From assembly GCA_963826525.1 (NCBI GenBank), contig CAWGXH010000004.1, forward strand, positions 1,408,001-1,472,000: DNA of 64,000 nucleotides. The letters are read 5' to 3'. The notes under the pieces were generated by a model. That model ran no database searches and was not told where the DNA came from. It saw nothing but the letters and a program-made list of their open reading frames with translations. Made by a program: the position numbers and the translations under genes. Within the stretch, counting starts at the first letter, position 1. Every line of letters starts with the position of its first letter. Shown here in pieces: positions 46,251 through 56,766 of the stretch. This DNA is from an uncultured Methanomicrobiaceae archaeon. Lineage in GTDB: Archaea > Halobacteriota > Methanomicrobia > Methanomicrobiales > Methanoculleaceae.

Positions 46251-47216
46251 TTAGGGGGTCGTTCCGCCCCGCTTCACGCCACTTCCGAGCAGGCCTGAGG
46301 TGATGATGGGAAGCGCGATGGTTGCATCGCAGAAGCACTGGACACGGGGGGACTGCGGCGCTTCCTTGCCCCAGCTGATGGCTTCTTCGAATGTACACCC
46401 GGAAAGGCCGCCCCAGTGCGGTGCATCGGTGGTATACTGTATTGCATAGGCGTGCCCGCCGAGATTCTGGTCGTGGATCGATGCGATCACCTGGGTCTGC
46501 TGGATGAAGTTTTTCGGAACACCGCCGCCGATGTAGATGACGCCGGTCTTCCGCGCTTTCTCCACGATCTTCGTGATCTCGTCGGTATCGGCCAGCTGGT
46601 CGACGTCGACGGAGATGCCCCGGCGCCGCGCCATGACGAGCCCGATGCCGATAGAGGAGTCGCAGAGCGCGGGGATGAAGATCGGGACGCCGTACTCCGC
46701 GCAGGTGGCGACGAGTGACTGCCCCTCGGGCCGCTGTTCCATGAGCCACCGCCCGAGCCGCTCGATGAACTCCCGCGACGAGCCTTTGAACGGTGCGAGT
46801 TCTTCGGCGAACCGTGCGATCTCCGCATCGATCTCCCGAAACTGCCCCTCATATGCGAAGACGTCGTAAATTCGATCGATCCCCTGCTCGAAGAGCGCGG
46901 AGTCGTCGGCGTGGTGGTGTCCGAGGTAGTGGCGTACGCCGAGGTGTTCGCACGTATCGTGGAATATGTTCGCGCCTGTCGATACGATTACGTCGACAAG
47001 ACGGTTCCTGACGAGTTCGATCAGGCAGGTCTGCATGCCTGCGGGGATCATTGCGCCGGAGAGCCCCATCAGGATGGTGCACTCGGGATCTTTGAGCATG
47101 TCTGTCCATATCCCCAGAGATTCGCCGAGTTTCCTCCCCTGGAAACCTGTTTTACTCATCGACTGAAGGAGAGCCGTGACGTTGACATTCGGTTCGACTG
47201 GCTGCGTTGGCTTCAT
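46251..47216 (-). CDS. dys: deoxyhypusine synthase
   Basis: GFQG, STGAN, DSSIG, GGGVPKNF, GGLSGCTFEEAISWGK, CDATIALP. Confidence 0.93.
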   Translation of the reverse strand: MKPTQPVEPNVNVTALLQSMSKTGFQGRKLGESLGIWTDMLKDPECTILMGLSGAMIPAGMQTCLIELVRNRLVDVIVSTGANIFHDTCEHLGVRHYLGHHHADDSALFEQGIDRIYDVFAYEGQFREIDAEIARFAEELAPFKGSSREFIERLGRWLMEQRPEGQSLVATCAEYGVPIFIPALCDSSIGIGLVMARRRGISVDVDQLADTDEITKIVEKARKTGVIYIGGGVPKNFIQQTQVIASIHDQNLGGHAYAIQYTTDAPHWGGLSGCTFEEAISWGKEAPQSPRVQCFCDATIALPIITSGLLGSGVKRGGTTP

Positions 47217-47583
47217 GGCAAACTTCGCTATGGGGTTTCGATTGAGGAGTATTAATACCTGGTACGGTCGTCAACAATGGAAGACCGAAGGGGAGCTCAT
47301 GGAAAAGTGGGTTCTATCGCACCTGTCCGCAACCGGGCAGGAGTCTGCTGCGCTTTTCGGGGACGTCGCCTGTCCGGTATTCGAGCCCCGGGTTCGCTGT
47401 GAGTTTGGCCCGGCACGCTCTCCCCGGAGTCCGGGACTGCCGGTAGGAAAAGCCGTTTTATCGCCGTAAAAGGTATTTCAAAATTCTTCGGATCAAGCGC
47501 ATCGGCTGCCGGGGGTTCCCTTTCCCTTATTGCGCCTCCATCGCTTCGATATGAACCGAAACTAAAACTGCTTGATTGTGAGG

Positions 47584-48026
47584 TTACGGTATCGTCCGTA
47601 CCGGCCCGATTACCGTTAAAGTATTGTCAATGTGATCGATCGCCACGTATGCGCCGCCGTCTATCTCAGCGTAGGGCCTGCCGAAAGGTTCGCTGGTCCA
47701 CGTCCACGAGGAGTTGTTCGGCGTACAGCGGTTCGCCTCCCGCATGATGTATGCTTCGTGCGGGAGAGATGGTTTCAGCACGACGAGCCCGGTGCACGTA
47801 TTCGAAGGGTCGTCCGTGACGACGTCGCCAGTGGTGAACTTTGGCTGGATATATGGAGTGCCCGGCGGGTTTGTATCAATGCGTTCGGTTGTCGGAACTG
47901 GTGGGGGGGAGCGGAGGCGGTTGTGGTGTTTTGAATCCCTGTCCGGTCTGACATACACCCCGCCGTCAGAATGGCGCTTACCGTGATCAGAAGCAGCAGG
48001 CGTATGAGGTAATGTTTTCCGGCCAT
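47584..48026 (-). CDS. putative lipoprotein (probable frameshift in the G-run near 47903-47909)
   Basis: Signal peptide with lipobox LTAGC; Thr/Pro linker continues in another frame into a globular-looking C-terminus. Confidence 0.55.
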
Positions 48027-48194
48027 GAGAGGTGGTTCTCGCGAGGGCATATATTCGTATTGGCGATTCCGGGATAGATGCGGATGCGCTTTTTTGAAAA
48101 ATCTGGAAAACCGGTGACGTCTCGCGACGAGGGATGATCGTTGTGGCTTGCGGTTGATAGAGGGCACTCGCGCTTCGAACCGGACCACGACGGA

Positions 48195-48400
48195 CATCTC
48201 CACGGGGACCAGGGGAGGGGGCGAGCCCCTTCCCCTTGCAACCCCTTCCCGCTTGCGATTGCCCCACGGTCAACTGTATTGTCTCGGCGGCGCGTTCCTG
48301 GCCGGTGGCCGGGAGACCTTTGGCATGCTTCTCTCTCCTGTCCGCTGCATGGGGCACACACATCCTAAAGCCTCCGCTCCCGCTAAGCGATAGCCGAAAA
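48195..48400. other. GC-rich structured intergenic element (MITE-like or ncRNA)
   Basis: 11-bp hairpin at 48211-48236; TGCCCCA/TGGGGCA and GTCTC/GAGAC pairings; no credible ORF. Confidence 0.4.
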
Positions 48401-48424
48401 AAAGTAACGTTGTATTTCCGCCGC

Positions 48425-49208
48425 TTACAGCGCCTGAACCAGCGAGTTCCGGGTAACGATGCCGATCACTTTCCCGTTCTCCGTGATCGGCATTGAACTG
48501 ATGTTCCTCTTGAGCATCAGGTCGATGATCTCCGAGATACCTGTGTCCGCCGTGACGGTGATCAGGGGCGAGGTCATAATGTCCCGGACGAGGAGGTTAC
48601 GGATCCGGTGGTCCTGGTAACTTGCTCTCCACGACCTCCTTGAAGGAGAACATCGCCTTGGCGACATCCGTCTCGGTCACAATGCCGAGCGTCGTATCGT
48701 TGTCGTTGACGATGAACCGGTCGATGTTGTCGTCGAGCATCCTGCGGCGCAGGTGCACGGCACGCTCTTCTGCCTGGATGGTGTATGCAGGCACCATGAC
48801 GTCTGCAAGTGTCCCTGCCGGCCGCAGCACGCGGAGGATCTCCCCGGATCCGACCTGGCCGATGAGATGGTGTTCGCTGTCCAGCACCACGACGAGTTTG
48901 TAGCGCTGGAGCAGGGGAACCAGAACGCCGAGGTTCTGGTCGGGGTAGGCGGAGGTGAAGTCTTCCTCGACGGTATTGGCTACGTGAATGGACGTTGCCG
49001 CAATCGTGGAGTTTTTCCTGCTTCCGAGGCTCTCGGCGATAGCAGCCCGGGAGGTTGTACCGACAACGGTGCCGTTGTTGGTGACGATGAGCGGATCGGC
49101 TCCTTCATCGAGCATCTTTTTGAGGGCTTCACTGACGACTGCGGACTTTGCAATGGTGAGGGGCCGTGACATCACGTCTTTGACCTGTATCTGAAATCTC
49201 TCGCTCAT
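48425..49208 (-). CDS. CBS-domain protein (4 CBS; insertion near 48618)
   Basis: VKDVMS, GIVTETD, VRDIMTSP, GIVT repeats. Confidence 0.88.
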
Positions 49209-50044
49209 TTTGCCACTTCCTTGATGATATCATCTCGTTTGATAATTCCCTTTACTTCCTCGCCGTCGACGATGGCGAGGCTGTTGATGTGGTGCTGGAG
49301 CATGGTGGCGACTGCTTCGCCGAGGGATGTCTCCGAACCGGTGGTGATCACCGGGCGGCTCATGATATCCTCCGCGACTGCAGCCACTTCTGTGACGTAT
49401 CTGAAGCGTTTTCTCCCTGCAGGTTCGGCTTTCCGAAGATGCGTGACATCTTTGACCGGCAGGTTCCGCTTCTCGTCCAGGTATTCGAAGAAGGCGAGGT
49501 TGCTCTCTGTAATGATACCTGCCAGGCTTCCATTATCATTAACGACGATGAGTTTATCACTGTTCTCTTTTATCGTGTCGATGATGTGATCCAGCGAGTG
49601 GTAGCGGTTGACGGTGACGGGTTCCTCCATGACGGCGTCGACGCGTCCGGTCAGGCCACGGACGTGTGCGGAACGCATGAGATCGGACTTCGTTACGATG
49701 CCGGTAATGCTCCCTTCCTCGATGACCGGCAGTCCGCTTATGTCGCGTTCGAGCATTATCCGTGCAATCTTCCGGGTGGTTGTTTCAGGGGAGATTGTAA
49801 TCGGTTCCGGAGCCATCAGGATACTGACCGGGATTCGGTCGATGGGCCTTCGCCGCCAGATCGGTTCGGTATGCCGCAGGCCGTAGGCGATATCCTTCTT
49901 GGTAAGAATCCCGGAGAGGGCGGTGCCTTCCATGACCGGCAGGCGGGATACCCGGTGCCTGAGCATGAGGTTCCGGGCATGCCCGATACTCTCTGTCGGC
50001 GCCACGACATAAACCGGTGACGACATCACGTCAACTGCGTGCAT
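49205..50044 (-). CDS. CBS-domain protein (4 CBS)
   Basis: SRLPV...GILTKKD, SGLPV...GIVTKSD, GIITESN, GIIKRDD. Confidence 0.92.
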   Translation of the reverse strand: MHAVDVMSSPVYVVAPTESIGHARNLMLRHRVSRLPVMEGTALSGILTKKDIAYGLRHTEPIWRRRPIDRIPVSILMAPEPITISPETTTRKIARIMLERDISGLPVIEEGSITGIVTKSDLMRSAHVRGLTGRVDAVMEEPVTVNRYHSLDHIIDTIKENSDKLIVVNDNGSLAGIITESNLAFFEYLDEKRNLPVKDVTHLRKAEPAGRKRFRYVTEVAAVAEDIMSRPVITTGSETSLGEAVATMLQHHINSLAIVDGEEVKGIIKRDDIIKEVAK

Positions 50045-50051
50045 CTTTCTA

Positions 50052-50993
50052 TCACTCCTCTAAAAATGCCTTCACAAGATCATACTCGGTCACGAGACCG
50101 ACGAGGTGCGAGTCTTCGATGACCGGCATCGCACCGATATGCTGCCGGAGCATCTCGACGGCCGTATCGTGGATGTTCTTCTCCGGCGTTGTGGTGTGGA
50201 GATCCCCGGACATGAGGGCGCGGATAGGGAGCCCCATGACGTCGGCGGCGTCCCCGGTAACCAGTTTCTCAAAGACCTGGCCCTTCCCGAGGTAGTTCAT
50301 GATATCGGTGGCGGTGATGATGCCGCAGAGGACGTCGTCGCTGACGACCGGGAGCCGCCGGAACTGGTATTTCACCATCTTGCCGCTGACCTCGGTGACG
50401 GGGCTGTCGGGCCGGGCGACCCGTACCGACGTGTTCATGATCTCCTCCACGGTCTGGCTCGAGTGCTCAGTCGCGAGGACCTTCATGACATCCCGCTCGG
50501 TGACGATGCCTTTGAGGTTCCCATCGCCATCGACGATGGGAACGCCGCTGACGTTCCTGTTCAGGATGATGTCGACGGCATCGGCAATGTGGGCGCCATC
50601 GTTCAGGGTGATCAGGTACGGGGTCATGATCTCCCGGAGGCTCTCGTTGATCGCTGCGAGGAAGTTCCCCTTGTGCTTCACGGTAACCAGGTTGTACTTG
50701 TCGCCGCCGCCCATGAAATTGATGATATCGCTGTTCGTGACGATTCCGCGCAGTTTACCGCTTCCCGCATCGGCGACGGGGAGGCGGCGGAATCCTTCAC
50801 GGGTCATGATCTCGACGGCCTGGATGATCGGGGTCGTCTGCGGAACGGTGATGACGTCCCTGGTTGCGTAAGCCATGATCTCGCCGTCCTGCTCGGCAAT
50901 CCGTGATTTGAAGTTGACCGGGCCGCGGTGGAGTTTTCCTGGCATCTTTAACAATTTATCGGCCTGTTTCTTCTTCTGGTCATTCTGATGCAT
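50052..50993 (-). CDS. CBS-domain protein (4 CBS)
   Basis: FRRLPV...GIVTNSD, GIVTERD, GIITATD, GLVTEYD. Confidence 0.92.
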   Translation of the reverse strand: MHQNDQKKKQADKLLKMPGKLHRGPVNFKSRIAEQDGEIMAYATRDVITVPQTTPIIQAVEIMTREGFRRLPVADAGSGKLRGIVTNSDIINFMGGGDKYNLVTVKHKGNFLAAINESLREIMTPYLITLNDGAHIADAVDIILNRNVSGVPIVDGDGNLKGIVTERDVMKVLATEHSSQTVEEIMNTSVRVARPDSPVTEVSGKMVKYQFRRLPVVSDDVLCGIITATDIMNYLGKGQVFEKLVTGDAADVMGLPIRALMSGDLHTTTPEKNIHDTAVEMLRQHIGAMPVIEDSHLVGLVTEYDLVKAFLEE

Positions 50994-51010
50994 GGTGTAA
51001 CCTTCCTTTT

Positions 51011-51763
51011 TTACGTTGCAAACGATTTTAAAACGTCGTGCCGGTCGATGATGCCGACGAGGTGCGTGCCGTCTACGGCAGGAAGCCTGCTGATATTATG
51101 CCTGACCATCAGGTCGGCGGCGGTTCTGACCGGGTCGTCCGGGGAGACGGTGATGACCGGCGTCGTCATGATGCGCTCCACGGTGAAGTCGGCGCCATTT
51201 TTCACTGCGGTTCGGACACTTCCCGCACGCAGAAGGTCTCTTCTCGAGACGATCCCGATAAGTTCTTTCTTTGTCGCGACCGGGAAGGCCGAGAAACCGC
51301 TTGTGGTGATGAGACTGTATATTCCGGCTATCGGGTCATGCGGCCCGCAGGCGACGACGTCCCGTGACATGACATCTGCTACCCGGCCGCGTATCTCGTT
51401 CCGTGAAGCGAGTACCGGGAAGAGATCCGAGAGGAGCACCCCCCCGAGAACCTTCCCGTCCGTATCGACGACTGCCGCGCTGTTGGTGATAGCGCTTCTG
51501 ATTGCGTGAGCGACCTCTTCAAGAGGTGTCTCGGGATTGACTCTGGCTGCTTCCTTGACGAATCCCTCGACGGTGACGTTCGACTTCGTCCCGGTTACCC
51601 GGAGGACATCGGAGATGTCCACGTATCCGAGCAGATGTCCCCGGTCGTCAGTGACGTAGAGTTCGCGAAAGACATCGTCCCGCAGGATACTGCGTGCTTT
51701 CGTTGCGAACTCATCGTAGCGGAGTTTAGGTATACTCACCATCAGATTTTCAGCGACTTTCAT
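51011..51763 (-). CDS. CBS-domain protein (4 CBS)
   Basis: GYVDISD, VADVMSRD, GIVSRRD, GIIDRHD. Confidence 0.9.
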   Translation of the reverse strand: MKVAENLMVSIPKLRYDEFATKARSILRDDVFRELYVTDDRGHLLGYVDISDVLRVTGTKSNVTVEGFVKEAARVNPETPLEEVAHAIRSAITNSAAVVDTDGKVLGGVLLSDLFPVLASRNEIRGRVADVMSRDVVACGPHDPIAGIYSLITTSGFSAFPVATKKELIGIVSRRDLLRAGSVRTAVKNGADFTVERIMTTPVITVSPDDPVRTAADLMVRHNISRLPAVDGTHLVGIIDRHDVLKSFAT

Positions 51764-52323
51764 ATGATTCGATCCTCCTCCCGGCAGACTGGGCAGAGCA
51801 TCAGGACGTCGATACGCAGAAGGTCGTCCGACATATTCCCGCATCGGTCGCAGACACCCATTGCATACTCCTCCTCGCGGTTGATCTCGATGAGATCGGC
51901 CATGAGTTCGTTCATCTCGTTTGCTACGGTGAGGATGTCCCGGACGGTCACCATGCCGATGACGGTCTGGTTCTCGACCACGGGCAGCCTCCGAACCCGG
52001 TGCTTTACCATGATGTATGCGGCGTCGGCGACAAGTTTGTCGGCACCTATAGTGATGAGCGGGGTGCTCATTATCTCGCTGATGTATGCACTGCTCGGTT
52101 TTTTGTCCTGTGCAACCACTTTGCAGTTAATATCTTCTTCGGTGATGATCCCTATCGGGAGGTTATCTTTCAGGACGATGCAGCTGCCGACCTCGTCACG
52201 GCACATTGCCCGGGCTGCATGTGCGACCGTTTCGCCTATGTCGATTGTCGTCGGGTGGCTTCGCATCACTTCGCGGATAGGAACGCGTATCTCGAAGTGG
52301 ATTGAATCGTTGTGGTTCGTCAT
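51760..52323 (-). CDS. CBS-pair protein with C-terminal zinc ribbon
   Basis: GIITEED, VRRLPV, GMVTVRD; CDRC...CPVC. Confidence 0.9.
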   Translation of the reverse strand: MTNHNDSIHFEIRVPIREVMRSHPTTIDIGETVAHAARAMCRDEVGSCIVLKDNLPIGIITEEDINCKVVAQDKKPSSAYISEIMSTPLITIGADKLVADAAYIMVKHRVRRLPVVENQTVIGMVTVRDILTVANEMNELMADLIEINREEEYAMGVCDRCGNMSDDLLRIDVLMLCPVCREEDRII

Positions 52324-52460
52324 GAAATTCACCCTATATGGTCGCTCTTTTAGCTGATCCTTCAGGTTCACCTGTATCTAGGATTCAGCAGTATAAAAGA
52401 ATTCTCGTGGCAAGCAAAGGGACTTTCGTCCTCGAATCGGATTAAATCACCTGCAATTAC

Positions 52461-52472
52461 ATATAATTATAT
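52461..52472. promoter_or_regulatory. palindromic AT-rich box in the divergent CBS/oap intergenic region
   Basis: ATATAATTATAT is a perfect 12-bp palindrome that could act as a TATA element either way. Confidence 0.45.
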
Positions 52473-52534
52473 TTATTTACGAGTGGCATAGTGTTACTAA
52501 GTAGTGTAAAAAATAGAGGAGATGAGGGTGCAAA

Positions 52535-53177
52535 ATGACGTTCTTGGTAGCGTACAAAGCAGAAGATTTCACGGTTTCTGAAGACGTTCTTCAGGAAGCG
52601 CTCCTCCCGCATTGGCATCTACGGTCCGCCCAATGCCGGTAAGACGACGCTTGCCAACAGGATCGTGCGGGACTGGACCGGGGATGCTGTCGGGCCGGTC
52701 AGCGAAGTCCCTCACGAAACACGCCGCGTCCGCAGGAAGGAGAATATTACCATTACCGGCACCAACGGGAACTCCGTCACGATCGATATCGTCGATACGC
52801 CCGGGGTGACGACGAAGATCGACTATAACGAGTTCCTTGAATACGGCCTCGAGAAAGACGACGCGGTCAAGCGGGCGCGGGAGGCGACCGAAGGGGTTGC
52901 CGAGGCAATGCACTGGCTTCGGGAGGATATCGACGGCGTGATCTATATGCTCGACTCGACGCAGGATCCGTTCATGCAGGTCAATATCATGATGGTCGGT
53001 ATCATCGAGAGCAGGAAACTCCCCGTCATCATCGTTGCCAACAAAAACGATCTTCCCGATGCATCGGCAGCCCGGATCAAGAGCGCGTTCCCCCAGCACC
53101 CCGTCATCTCGATATCGGGTCTCGAAGGGAACAATGTGAATGATCTGTACGAGAAGATGACGGGCTACTTCGGGTGA
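52535..53177 (+). CDS. oapA: Era-like GTP-binding protein (OapA-like; insertion near 52548)
   Basis: IGIYGPPNAGKTT (upstream of the tracked ORF, same frame), HETRR, DTPG, ANKND. Confidence 0.85.
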
Positions 53178-53545
53178 TGGAAATGATACAGGGTGTACAG
53201 ATTGACCTGATCTCTGCAGAACGTCTCGACCGGCTGACGCCGATGGAGAAGATCCGACTGATCCTCGACGATGTCATGGAGGGCAACATCGTCGTCCTTG
53301 AGCGCGGTCTTGCTCCCGACGAGCAGAGCAAACTTATCGAGGTGACGATGCGGGAGATCACGCCGGACGGGTTCTCAGGCATTGAGATGGAGACATATCC
53401 CCTCAAGGAAGCGGGTGGATTTTTCGCCCGGCTTCTCGGCGGGAGTAAGAGCGAGAGTCGCCTGACCGTCATCGGGCCGGCAAATCAGCTGAAGATGCTG
53501 AAGAAGGAGAAGGATCTCATCAGCGCGTGGGTCTCCTCAAGGTGA
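53177..53545 (+). CDS. oapB: DUF2073-family protein (OapB-like)
   Basis: MEKIRLILD, LIEVTM, FSGIEMETYP, LTVIGPAN; follows the GTPase. Confidence 0.8.
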   Translation: MEMIQGVQIDLISAERLDRLTPMEKIRLILDDVMEGNIVVLERGLAPDEQSKLIEVTMREITPDGFSGIEMETYPLKEAGGFFARLLGGSKSESRLTVIGPANQLKMLKKEKDLISAWVSSR

Positions 53546-53552
53546 GTGCGGG

Positions 53553-53930
53553 ATGCCTCACAAGTGCACGCAATGCGGCAGGGAGTTTGAGGACGGTTCG
53601 ACGAAGATCCTGAAGGGATGTCCGAGCTGCGGCGGGAAGAAGTTCCTCTACATCCGCGAGGCGCACCGGCACGATGATGTGCTCGAGGAGAAGACCATCG
53701 AGGAGATTGCCGGGGATACCGGAGTGGATGTTCTCGAGGTGAAGCCTGCCGGCACCTCGCGGAACGTTGAGATCTACGATCGTGTCGAGAGCATCCGGGT
53801 TCTCGGTCCGGGCTCGTATGAACTGAATATCGAGAAGATGGCGCAGAGCGACGAGGTCGTTGTTCGTCTCGACCGTGAGGGGAAGTATATGGTGGACATC
53901 CTCTCGATGTCGAAGAAGAAGAAGGAATAG
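53553..53930 (+). CDS. oapC: Zn-ribbon protein (DUF2072/OapC-like)
   Basis: MPHKCTQCG, GCPSCGGKKF, ESIRVLGPGSYELN. Confidence 0.8.
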   Translation: MPHKCTQCGREFEDGSTKILKGCPSCGGKKFLYIREAHRHDDVLEEKTIEEIAGDTGVDVLEVKPAGTSRNVEIYDRVESIRVLGPGSYELNIEKMAQSDEVVVRLDREGKYMVDILSMSKKKKE

Positions 53931-54001
53931 CGTTCTCGGGGTACGTTAGTTCCGGAAATTACTAAAACGCTCTCTTTTTCCCGTTATTTTTATTCCGAAG
54001 G

Positions 54002-54210
54002 TATAAATCTCCTGACGACAATATATCGTGCAGAAGACTCCGATACGTGAGGCCAGGGCACGGTCGCCGTCACAGTCGCGGGGGCGCTATGCGTCTTCCG
54101 TGGTCGTTCGCGGGCAAGCTCCTTTCACTCTTCAACGATTGCCCGCCGGTTTTTGACCCATGTCGCCTCTTTCACTGGTGTATGCACGGAGAGTCACACG
54201 GAGGAAACAG
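54002..54210 (+). promoter_or_regulatory. TATA box and ~180-nt structured 5' leader of the KamA-family gene
   Basis: TATAAAT at 54002; stems GAAGAC/GTCTTC and GCGGGCAA/TTGCCCGC followed by T5; GGAGG at 54200. Confidence 0.5.
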
Positions 54211-55330
54211 ATGAAGCCCCGCTATATCTCATCACTCAATCAGATCGACGGATTTGGCGTCCATGCGCCCGGCGATCTCTCACAAATTACCGATACGTTC
54301 GCATTCCGTGCAAACGAATACTACCTCTCGCTCATCAACTGGCAGGATACGGCCGATCCTATCCGCCGCCTCATCATCCCCTGCATGGAGGAGCTCGAAG
54401 AGTGGGGAAGGCTCGACCCCTCGTCCGAAGGATCGTATACCGTCACGCCCGGACTGCAGCATAAGTACCGCGAGACCGCCCTGCTGCTCGTGAGCGATCT
54501 CTGCGGCGGGCTCTGCCGCTACTGTTTCCGGAAACGCCTCTTCATCAACGACGGGCGCGAGGTGAAGAAGGATGTCTCGGAAGGGATCGCCTATATCCGG
54601 CAGCACCCCGAGATCACCAACGTCCTCCTCACCGGGGGCGACCCGCTGATCCTGCCGACCGAGCAGACTCCGCGGGATCATCGGCGAGCTGCGGCAGATC
54701 GACCACGTCCGGATCATCAGGATCGGGTCGAAGATGCCGGCGTTCAACCCGTACCGGATCGTGGACGATCCCGCTCTCCCGGATCTCATCCGTGAGTACA
54801 GCACCGAGGAGAAACGGATCTACATCATGGCGCAGTTCAATCATCCGCGTGAACTGACCGAGATCGCCCGGCAGGGGCTTTCGCTGCTGCAGGATGCCGG
54901 AGCCATGATTATGAACCAGACGCCCCTGATCCGCGGGATCAACGACGATCCGGAGGTGCTTGCCCGGCTCTTTAAGGAGCTCTCGTTCATCGGCGTCGCC
55001 CCCTACTATGTCTTCCAGTGCCGCCCGACGGTCGGCAATCGCACCTATGCCGTACCGGTCGAGGAGTCCTACCAGATCTTCGAGCAGGCACGCGGCATGT
55101 GCTCGGGCCTCGCGAAACGTGCCCGGTTCGTGATGTCCCACGCGACCGGCAAGATCGAGGTGGTGGGCAGGACGCCGGAGTATACGTTCTTCAAGTACAA
55201 CCAGGCGGCCGATCCTGCGAATATCGGGCGGTTCATGGTCTATAAGAGCAATCCGGAGGCATACTGGTTCGACGAGTATACGGAGCTCGTCGACGAGGGA
55301 CAGATTCTCGGCGAGGACGGTGACGAGTAG
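54211..55330 (+). CDS. KamA-family radical SAM/PLP aminomutase (insertion near 54667)
   Basis: PGLQHKY, CGGLCRYCFRKR, LLTGGDPL, FNHPREL, NQTPLIRGIND, PYYVFQCRP, GKI. Confidence 0.9.
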
Positions 55331-55609
55331 TTCCGTCTCCCGATGTTGCCGTCCGGACTCTCCGGCCGGTTTTCGTCCCGGATCGTGAAACTCTGCGGAT
55401 TACTGGAAGAAAATTGATATGCCGGTTCTCATGGAGAACCCTGCATCCCATGAGGCAGCGTGTACACCACCGGGCGTCTCACCGGGCGCAGCCTCCCCGA
55501 TACGGTGCAGGTGCCGACCTGCCCTCCCGCCGAGCGGAGAAGCGCACCCGGTCGTCGGACTGCCCTGCTCCGCTGCTCCTTCTCTGGTTTGCCGGACGGC
55601 TTTCCGGCA

Positions 55610-56567
55610 CTACTTTATGCGAACCGGCTTGATCTTCGAATCTTTGCCTGTTATCAATCCTATCTTCTTCAGGTCGTTCAGGACGCCGTTCGCATACTCT
55701 TCGGTCAGGATGAACGATGCAGAGTCCTGCTCCTCGTTCAGCGGGGCGTCGAAGGAGAGCGACTCTTCCAGGAGTTCCTCTCTGCTTGCGCGTCCCCGCT
55801 CTTCGAGAACGGTCATGATGCGTTCGATGATGAATTGCTTGAAGGCGATGTTCGTCCGGAGCATGTCGGCGTCGTCCTCATCGACGTCCATCTCACCGAG
55901 AATCTCAAAGAGCGGTTCAGGGTCGTCGATCAGCATGACCTCCGGTCCAAGCGAGGCGATATACCGCTCCTCCGCGATGACCGTGATCTTTACGGTCAAT
56001 CTCGTATTCGCGAAGCGTTCCGGGCTCGACTTCGACGAAGGGATACTCGGGGCAGTAGGTGTATGCCTCTTCAGGCTCGATGGTCCTGACGAGGCGGAGC
56101 CCCTCGTTGGTCTCTTCAACAAGCCCGTTCTCCTCGAGCAGGGCATTGATCCCGATCGCGGTGATGATGGCGTCGGCTTCTTCCGGGTCCGGTTTGCCGC
56201 CCTGCTCATCGGCTGCCATCTTCCCGATGATCGTGGTGAGATCCTGCATGAGGGACCGTTCGGGGATGATCCCGCCGACCGGGTGCTCTTCGAAGAACCG
56301 CCGAAGGTTCTCCCGCCTGCGCTCTATTCCTGCCTTCATAGTGACGCACAGTGCAACGAGTTCTGCCATGTCAGGGTCATCTTCGTGCCGGGCAATCTCC
56401 CTATCCAGCAGTTCGAGAATACTCCGTATCCTGCCGTGAAACATCGTCTCGGGGATGATCGCGTGCTCCGTCCTGACCTTCCCGCTGCAGCCCGCAGCGC
56501 GAACCTGTTTTACGAACTCCTCCGCATCGGCTTTATCGGAGAAGACCAATTCTTCTTCAAGAACCAT
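55610..56567 (-). CDS. acidic hypothetical protein, possible C-terminal wHTH (insertion near 55995)
   Basis: Two overlapping ORFs join with one base removed; LNDLKKIGLI tail resembles a winged helix. Confidence 0.7.
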
Positions 56568-56766
56568 TGGTCACGTCTCGGATGGATTGCGATATAACCG
56601 TATCGTATGTGGTGGGGGAGTGCACCGCCGTCCGGGACGTGCGAGCGAGGTTTCCTGTGGGCGGAGAGCTCGATCTCCCGCAGTCTCGGAAGGGATTTTG
56701 TGGTTACGGGGCGAGATCCGCCTGTTGGGGAGGGCGATGAGTGCCGGTAGCGATCGGATCTCGGGG

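Noticed and set aside
48130-48400. SRP RNA or RNase P RNA
   Set aside because: Neither strand shows the SRP helix 8 motif or the RNase P GAGGAAAGTCC and 3' conserved regions
52372-52534. Replication origin next to oapABC
   Set aside because: AT-rich, but no repeated ORB motifs and no cdc6/orc1 in the window; better explained as a divergent promoter
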